The position numbers and the translations under genes are program-made. From assembly GCA_964016885.1 (NCBI GenBank), contig OZ024753.1:35092001-35156000 (forward strand): a DNA stretch of 64,000 nucleotides, given 5' to 3'. The stretch is from Eledone cirrhosa. Lineage: Eukaryota. Shown here in pieces: positions 56,124 through 64,000 of this stretch. The stretch's first letter is position 1. Every line of letters starts with the position of its first letter. Under the pieces are notes generated by a model. That model had not been told where the DNA came from, did no database searches, and was given only the letters and a program-made list of their open reading frames with translations.

Positions 56124-57172
56124 CATACACATCATGTGATTTGTGTGGCTTTAGATATTTGCATAAAAGTTTATGCACATTAAGAAGCCGCTTATCTTGA
56201 AGAAACTGTATATTCAAAGTAAGATCTTTTTTTTCTTTTTTTTACTCAGCAAATTACTGAATAAATTACCTAATCCTTTTGATTCCCACCCACCCAAGAC
56301 TACCTTTGGTTCTTTGATATAAAATCACCTGTTTTAAAATGTTCGTATCTAAATTACAATTGTCCATCCTTATTTTAAGTTATATTTTAAACAGCTGCTT
56401 AATTACCAAAGCTAGTTATTTTAATAATTACCTGAAAAAAAAAATGGTGGTGGATTAGTAGCATTGGTAGAACGTCAGATAAAATGCTGTTGCAGTATGT
56501 TTTGGCTCTTTACATTCTGAGTTCAAATCCCACTGAGGTCGACTTTGCCTTTTAAATAAAGTACCAGTCAAGTACTGGGGGGTGGGGGGTGGGGTGATTT
56601 AAACAACATCACCTGTCTCTTGCTTTTCATCCTTCTGGTGCCAATAAAATATCAGTCAAGGACTGGGGTGGATTTAATTGACTTTGACCTTCTCTTATGC
56701 CAAAATTAAAAATAAATAACTTCATGAAAATTCTCAATTATTTTCAAAATTAATTTGAAAATATGGGTAATATGTTTCATGAGAATTATGGTAATGAAAA
56801 GGTTTAATGAGAAATATTGTAGTATCTGCTTTTTGGCAAATGAATTTCAATTATAAAACAAATTTGTTAATGTTTGAAGTTATCTTTTGTAAACACTACA
56901 GGATAATCTGTTGTCTATTTTGTATTGTGTACTTGACTATAAGCTATGAGTTGAGTAATTAACATCATTAAACATTCTAACTCTTGAATAATTGATTTAA
57001 TAAGATCATTGTTACTATCTATCTTTATTTGAAACACAATATATCATTGCTATAAAAAATACATCTAATGTCCAATTCACACGACAGAATTTCATCATCA
57101 TCGCCATGTTCCTCCTCCTTCTCCTCACCATCATCGCCATGCTCCTCCTCCTTATCATCCTCCTCCTCCTCC

Positions 57173-57206
<34 letters not shown>

Positions 57207-57431
57207 CATTGCTCTTATATCTATAAATTTTGACAATGTTCTATGCACTAGTAAAGATAATATAAACATTTGTATTAACAAGCTCATAGATACTTTCTGT
57301 GAAACCGGATGTTAAGAGTTAATAAATCAGTTATTGTTGTAGTTTGGCCCTCAGATCAGTATTGATTAAGCTGACCAATAATTAAAAATGATTTAATCAT
57401 GAACATTCTATATTATTATTATTATTACTTA

Positions 57432-57610
57432 TTGCCAGTATCGGTAGAGGGTCGGACGCCATGCTTTCCAGCATAGTTACGTCCCTTTACTGTCTGAGTT
57501 CAAATCCCGTCGAGGTTAACTTTGCCTTTCATCCTTACGGGGTCGATAAATAAAGTACCAGTAATGTACTGGGTAATTTGCTGGCCTTGTGCCAAAAAGT
57601 AGAAATAATT
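57432..57610 (+). mobile_element. young family B SINE
   Basis: Near-identical to 26921-27103 and to minus-strand copies 37449-37620 and 48351-48540. Confidence 0.85.
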
Positions 57611-58174
57611 ATTACTAATGCTACTAAGGTGGTGGATTGATAGAATCATTTGGGCATCAGGTAGAATGCTTTACAGTATCTGTTCCAGTACTCTCCACTC
57701 TGAGTTAAAATCCTGTTATGGTTATCTTTGCCTTTTAACCTTCTGGGGTCAATAAAATAAAGTACCAATAAAGTACTGGGGTCAATATAATCTACTTTTC
57801 CCTCCTCACACACTGCTGGCCTTGTATGAAAATTAGAAATCATTATTTTATATAGCTAAGACATTTTTTAATGAGTTCTTTTCTATATAAAACAGTAGGA
57901 TGTTGATTTGAGGGAATTTAGCTTATGGAATTTAGCAAGTCAAGCAATTGTGTAGAACAGAGGTTCTTTTAACTCCATTCTCCACTACAGTATCTCACAA
58001 AAACTGATGCCCTCCAAAATATAAAAAAAACAGCATCTTTGGTGTGAAAGGATATAATAAAAAGTTTAGAAACTTTGACCCCTAAAATATTCAAATTATG
58101 TGGTGTGCACACCCAGTTCAGAATCAGTGGCATAGAGGCTTCCTTGATAGCTCAATTCATTTGATTATAATAAA

Positions 58175-58445
58175 TATGCATAACAAAAGGTGTTGGACTT
58201 ACAATCATAATGTTGTGGGTTTGATTCCTGGACTGGGTAGTGTGTTGTGAACAAAACACTTCATTTCATGTTGCTCCAATTTACTCAGCTGAAAATGAGT
58301 ACCAGCAATAGCTGGGGGTATAACTCTGAGATGGACTGACGTCCTGTCCAGGAGGAAGTATTGTACTTTCTGTCACTTCACACCACAGAAACCAGGATAA
58401 TTACTGGCCTGATGAGCTTATGGACTCGGGACAGACTTTCAACTT
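58175..58445 (+). mobile_element. SINE with V-domain-like segment
   Basis: tRNA-like head then gatggactgacgtcctgtccagg, resembling the V-SINE conserved domain (from recall). Confidence 0.55.
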
Positions 58446-59612
58446 TAGGCTTTGAACAAATAGACAGATGGTGTATTATAAAAATGATCCATCTATAGGA
58501 CCTGACCTCTTGCTGGAGTCATAGGGGCACCGTTATGTCTTGGGCATTTAAACCTGATGGAGCCACAGTTGGGATTTTACATATCTCTATACCCACTTTG
58601 CAATTTCCCATGCACTGAGTACTCCCATAATTAGTGATCTCCCCGGTCTCAACACCACAGACTTTCTATATATATAGAGGAGGAATTTGTAGTTTACTTG
58701 AAGTTTACTATATATATATATATAATATGTAAGCAGACATGTACAAACAACAAAAAAAACTATACATAAGGAAAGAACATATATAGCATAATCTGATAAA
58801 GAATATGGAAAAGTCAGAGTCCTGCACTATAGTAGCTTTTAGCTTTGCTCTCTATCTTTCACATGGCTGATGCTTCTGGTCTTATTCTTTTCTCATCAGT
58901 GGATAGGATAGCTTTTTCTTCCTTTTGTGACATTGGTTATGGCCTGCTCTTCCTCAGCCTTCTAGTTTGTTGTTGCTGTAGTTTAGTACTTGTCCAGCTC
59001 TGACTGAATAGTCCTATGGTCAAAGCTATTCTAGTTGTGACCATCCCATCTTTTTAAGAGTTTATATATATCTATATATGGTATAGGCAGTAAATTGGCA
59101 GAGTCATTAGAACGTCGGATAGAATGCTTTATGGTATTCATTCCGGTTCTCTGCTGTTTGAGTTCAAATCCCACCAAGGACAACTATGCCTTTCATCCGT
59201 TCAAGGTTGATAAAAATAGTAGCAGTCTAGTACTGGGGTTGATTCTTCCTCTCTTTGGAAGAAATCTGCTGTACTCAGACCTGGAGAGGGAAGGGCTCCG
59301 CCAGGCTTAAAATGCCCAAGAAGTGCTATATGTCTCTGCAGCACCCCTATAACTCTATCAGGAGTTACAGGACCATACACATATATATATATATAATACA
59401 TTTAATGTGTCTTTTCCTCATTTAAGACTGTAGGCTGTGATTTGAAGGAGATTTGGCTGCTATCTCTAGCAGGTTGAATCACCATGTAGAGGCTCCCTTG
59501 TTTGCTTGTAACCTTACAAGTTATTTGTTATGGCAGTCGAGTCAAGGCAATGATGAAAGTGAGTTTGTTTCCAGCTTCTCTCTCTTCTCTTCTCTCTCTC
59601 TTCTCTTTCCAG

Positions 59613-59678
<66 letters not shown>

Positions 59679-59885
59679 GTAATTTCTGTCCCTTTCTTCC
59701 TCTCACACTTATTGTGTCTCTTCACACTCACATTTGTTAGCTGCCTCATTGTGGTCCATATTAAATGGGTATGTGTGTATGCATATGCATGTGCATGTGT
59801 GTGCGCACGTGCAGACACATGCATGCAAATATTCACACAGAAACATACACCTGATTCTTTTAATACATGATTTAGACCCATAAGA

Positions 59886-59922
<37 letters not shown>

Positions 59923-61297
59923 TATACACTTACATACACATATATTACATACACATATATATATATATACACACAGACATATATATATATATGTATATAT
60001 ATATGTATAAGATCCCGTTAAGAGTGAAAGCAGCGATTCTTTGCTTAAACTTTAATCTGTTATTTTAATAAATATATATGTATATATATATATATATATA
60101 CATACATTTGTAGATAAAAACACAAACCTAACCTCACAATAGGATCCTATCCACCAGATATTAAGTACCTACATAAAATGTTCCACCTGGCATTTTAAAT
60201 AAATAATTAGGGGAATGAAGATGGCTTTAATATTAATTGCCAAAAGTAGAAACAATTATGAGAAAATGATATTAATAATATAATTAATAAACTATTTTTT
60301 CAAGAAAATTGTCTAAATTATTATAACTGAGTTTTGTTATAAAAAAAAACAATCATAGAATTTATCGAGACAGTATTTAAACATGAAAATTAATATGGAT
60401 ATATATTTCTCTGAGTGTTGTAGCTGTAGTAGTTATATTTAAACGATTTATTTTCACAATCCCTTGCTAACCAGTTTATTTATACTAGAAAGTGAGACAT
60501 CTTAATCTAGAGACTCTAAAAATGACATGGAAAAATAAAAAGAAGAGAAAATAAAATAAAAATATTCAACCACATATATATATACAAGCTGTCACACACT
60601 CTAACCATGAAAAAGATATTTAGCTGTATGTATGACATAGAATGCAATCTAACCAATCAGTATACTTTAACAAGAACTGGTTTGCTGTGAATAGAGTTTA
60701 TTGATCTGGTCTCTCCCAGCTAACTTAAAAAGAGTTGGGTTATACCATTTCAGATGTAGAGAGTAGCAGGTTTTTATCGCGACGTGAAATTTCCACTTGC
60801 TATTTCAATGAATTTCATTTTTAGCTAAACAATTTTTTTTATATATATTTCACGAATATTTACTAAATTTCTTTTTTATTTTAATGCACTTGTTAATAAG
60901 ATATTACATGACATGCTCTCAGAATAAATAAAACTTAAATTTCTAATGCACTTAATAATAAAGTAAACCTAATAATAAGCTTAATATATTCTGAAAATAA
61001 ATTATTTCATTATATTTCATACATAAATGAAATAATAAACCTATCCAGGTGGGCTGGGGTGGAGGGTTAGGCAAGGATTTGAGATATTTTCTCAATATTT
61101 CCTTAAATGAATATTTAAATAAAAGAAATATATATTACGCTATTTTGTTTTTTATTAGAAATATTTTACGTATATATATATATATACACATATATATATA
61201 TATATATATATATACGCATATATATGTATATATACGCATATATATATATATATAAACATATATATATATATATATACACACATATATATATATATAT

Positions 61298-61336
<39 letters not shown>

Positions 61337-61353
61337 TATATATATATATACAC

Positions 61354-61398
<45 letters not shown>

Positions 61399-61567
61399 TA
61401 TACACATATATATATATATACACATATATATATATATATATACATATATATATACATATATATACATATATATATACATATATATACATATATATATACA
61501 TATATATATATACATATATATATACATTGACGAGTTGTAGTGCACCTGAGCACTTTACACAATAATT

Positions 61568-61598
<31 letters not shown>

Positions 61599-62156
61599 AT
61601 ATATACATATATATATACATATATATATACATATATACATATATATATATACATATATATATATATACATATATATATATACATATATATATATATACAT
61701 ATATATATATACATATATATATATACATATATATACATATATACATATATATATATACATATATACATATATATATATACATATATATATGTATACATAT
61801 ATACATATATATATGTATACATATATACATATATATATGTATACATATATACATATATATATGTATACATATATACATATATATATGTATACATATATAC
61901 ATATATATATGTATACATATATACATATATATATGTATACATATATACATATATATATGTATACATATATACATATATATATATGTACATATATATACAC
62001 ATATATATATATATATACATATATGTATATATATAAAATACGGCGATAGCTTACATTTCTAATAATTTCAAATCCACTCGCTGTTTCAAAAATATTCTTA
62101 CTTGACATTAGAGTCGCTAAGTTTATAGCTTCTAATTTGAATGGAAAAGGACGGGT

Positions 62157-62228
62157 GATGTGTTGGTGTAAATGGTAGCACAGTGGTCCGAATAACCAAA
62201 AATGTGGGTTCAACTCCCATGTACGTCA
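62157..62228 (+). tRNA. tRNA-like cloverleaf (pseudo-tRNA, nominal anticodon GAA)
   Basis: Acceptor gatgtgt/gtacgtc, D arm gtgt/gcac with A box TGGTGTAAATGG, anticodon arm tggt/acca (loop ccGAAta, non-canonical C33 and U37), T arm gtggg-TTCAACT-cccat. T5 at 62238-62242. Confidence 0.6.
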
Positions 62229-62411
62229 ATACTCATCTTTTTCCATTTCTCCGAGTGTTCTTAACCCCACTATCAGGCTAAATAATTTCTTTAATTTCTT
62301 TAGTCAAAATACGGCGATATATACATACATATATATATATATATATACATATATATATACATATATATATATATACATATATATATGATGGCTGCCCCCT
62401 CGTTATCGAGA

Positions 62412-62442
<31 letters not shown>

Positions 62443-62602
62443 CATCATCATCATCATCCCCGTTTTACGTCCGTTCTTCCACGCTAGCATGGGTATATAT
62501 ATATAAATATATATATATACGTATATATATATAAATATATATATATACGTATAAATATATATATATACATATAAATATATATATATATACGTATATATAC
62601 AT

Positions 62603-62640
<38 letters not shown>

Positions 62641-62642
<2 letters not shown>

Positions 62643-62825
62643 CGAAGGAAAAGTGGTAAGGAACCAGGTGGACCATAATGCACCAAAGTACTCAATACTT
62701 AGGGTAGTAGAGTGGGTCATAGGAACAAGTAAGACCCCGACGGCTGAGCTCAAGCCGTTTCGACGGCTAATTCCAGAATTAGCCGTCGAAACGGCTTGAG
62801 CTCAGCCGTCGGGGTCTTACTTGTT

Positions 62826-62830
<5 letters not shown>
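62641..62830. mobile_element. family P fold-back element with perfect 55-bp arms
   Basis: Arms 62719-62773 and 62776-62830, loop ca. Flanked by (TA)n. Confidence 0.92.
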
Positions 62831-62917
<87 letters not shown>

Positions 62918-62918
62918 C

Positions 62919-62999
<81 letters not shown>

Positions 63000-63000
63000 C

Positions 63001-63171
<171 letters not shown>

Positions 63172-63318
63172 CATATATATACATATATATATATATACAT
63201 ATATATACATATATATATATACATATATATATATACATATATATATATACATATATATATATATACATATATATATACATATATATATATATACATATAT
63301 ATATACATATATATATAC

Positions 63319-63367
<49 letters not shown>

Positions 63368-63719
63368 CACATATTTATACATACACATATATATACATAC
63401 ACATATATATATATATACATATATATATACGTATATACAATGCAATGAAATACCAATGACCGTTGGCAAATCACTGATGAGGGACTCATTTTATAACATG
63501 TTATCCATGTGCAACCATGCAGTATTCTTCTCCCCATTTTTTCACATATATATATATATATATATATACATACACACATATATATATATACATACACATA
63601 TATATATATATATATATACATACACACATATATATATATACATACACATATATATATATATATATACATACACATATATATATACATACACATATATATA
63701 TACATACATATATATATAT

Positions 63720-63792
<73 letters not shown>

Positions 63793-63899
63793 CATACATA
63801 CATATATATATACATATATATATATATACATACATACATATATATATACATATATATATATATGTGTATATATATATATATATACATACATATATATAT

Positions 63900-63974
<75 letters not shown>

Positions 63975-64000
63975 CATATATATAGCAGGGAAAAGCAGAC

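Noticed and set aside
58409-58435. CTGATGAG as a hammerhead core
   Set aside because: Part of the SINE tail. No GAAA box or stems I/III.
62157-62228. Functional tRNA-Phe gene
   Set aside because: C33, U37, a G.A mismatch in the anticodon stem and three G.U pairs in the acceptor stem. Kept only as tRNA-like.
63474-63510. CTGATGAGGG as a hammerhead core
   Set aside because: No downstream GAAA or stem II partner. At most a decayed remnant.

Overview
AT-rich eukaryotic, repeat-dense, almost entirely non-coding DNA. The repeat repertoire (tRNA-derived SINEs, RTE-type LINE debris, very long (TA)n tracts) most resembles a coleoid cephalopod, probably Octopus; this is an inference from recalled repeat families, not a database result. 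None of the supplied ORFs is a credible complete gene. Most are translations of microsatellites. The window probably covers the 5' end and long introns of a + strand gene: best candidate first coding exon 18363-18399 (MTMETNMGSIKH|gtgagt), with weaker candidate exons at 4592, 5951, 15135 and 50891. Mobile elements include two TTAA-flanked piggyBac-type MITE families, hAT-type MITEs, several SINE families, a mariner transposase relic carrying a 25-bp minisatellite expansion, and a 5'-inverted RTE LINE fragment. The most interesting signal is a set of short, often CpG-rich islands inside (TA)n microsatellites. They carry minimal type I hammerhead ribozyme motifs (near-canonical cores at 20862-20920 and 29528-29570 on the minus strand, degenerate ones elsewhere) and are terminally redundant or fold back into long palindromes. 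One carries a tRNA-like cloverleaf. This fits Penelope-like or retrozyme-type non-autonomous retroelements that target (TA)n.
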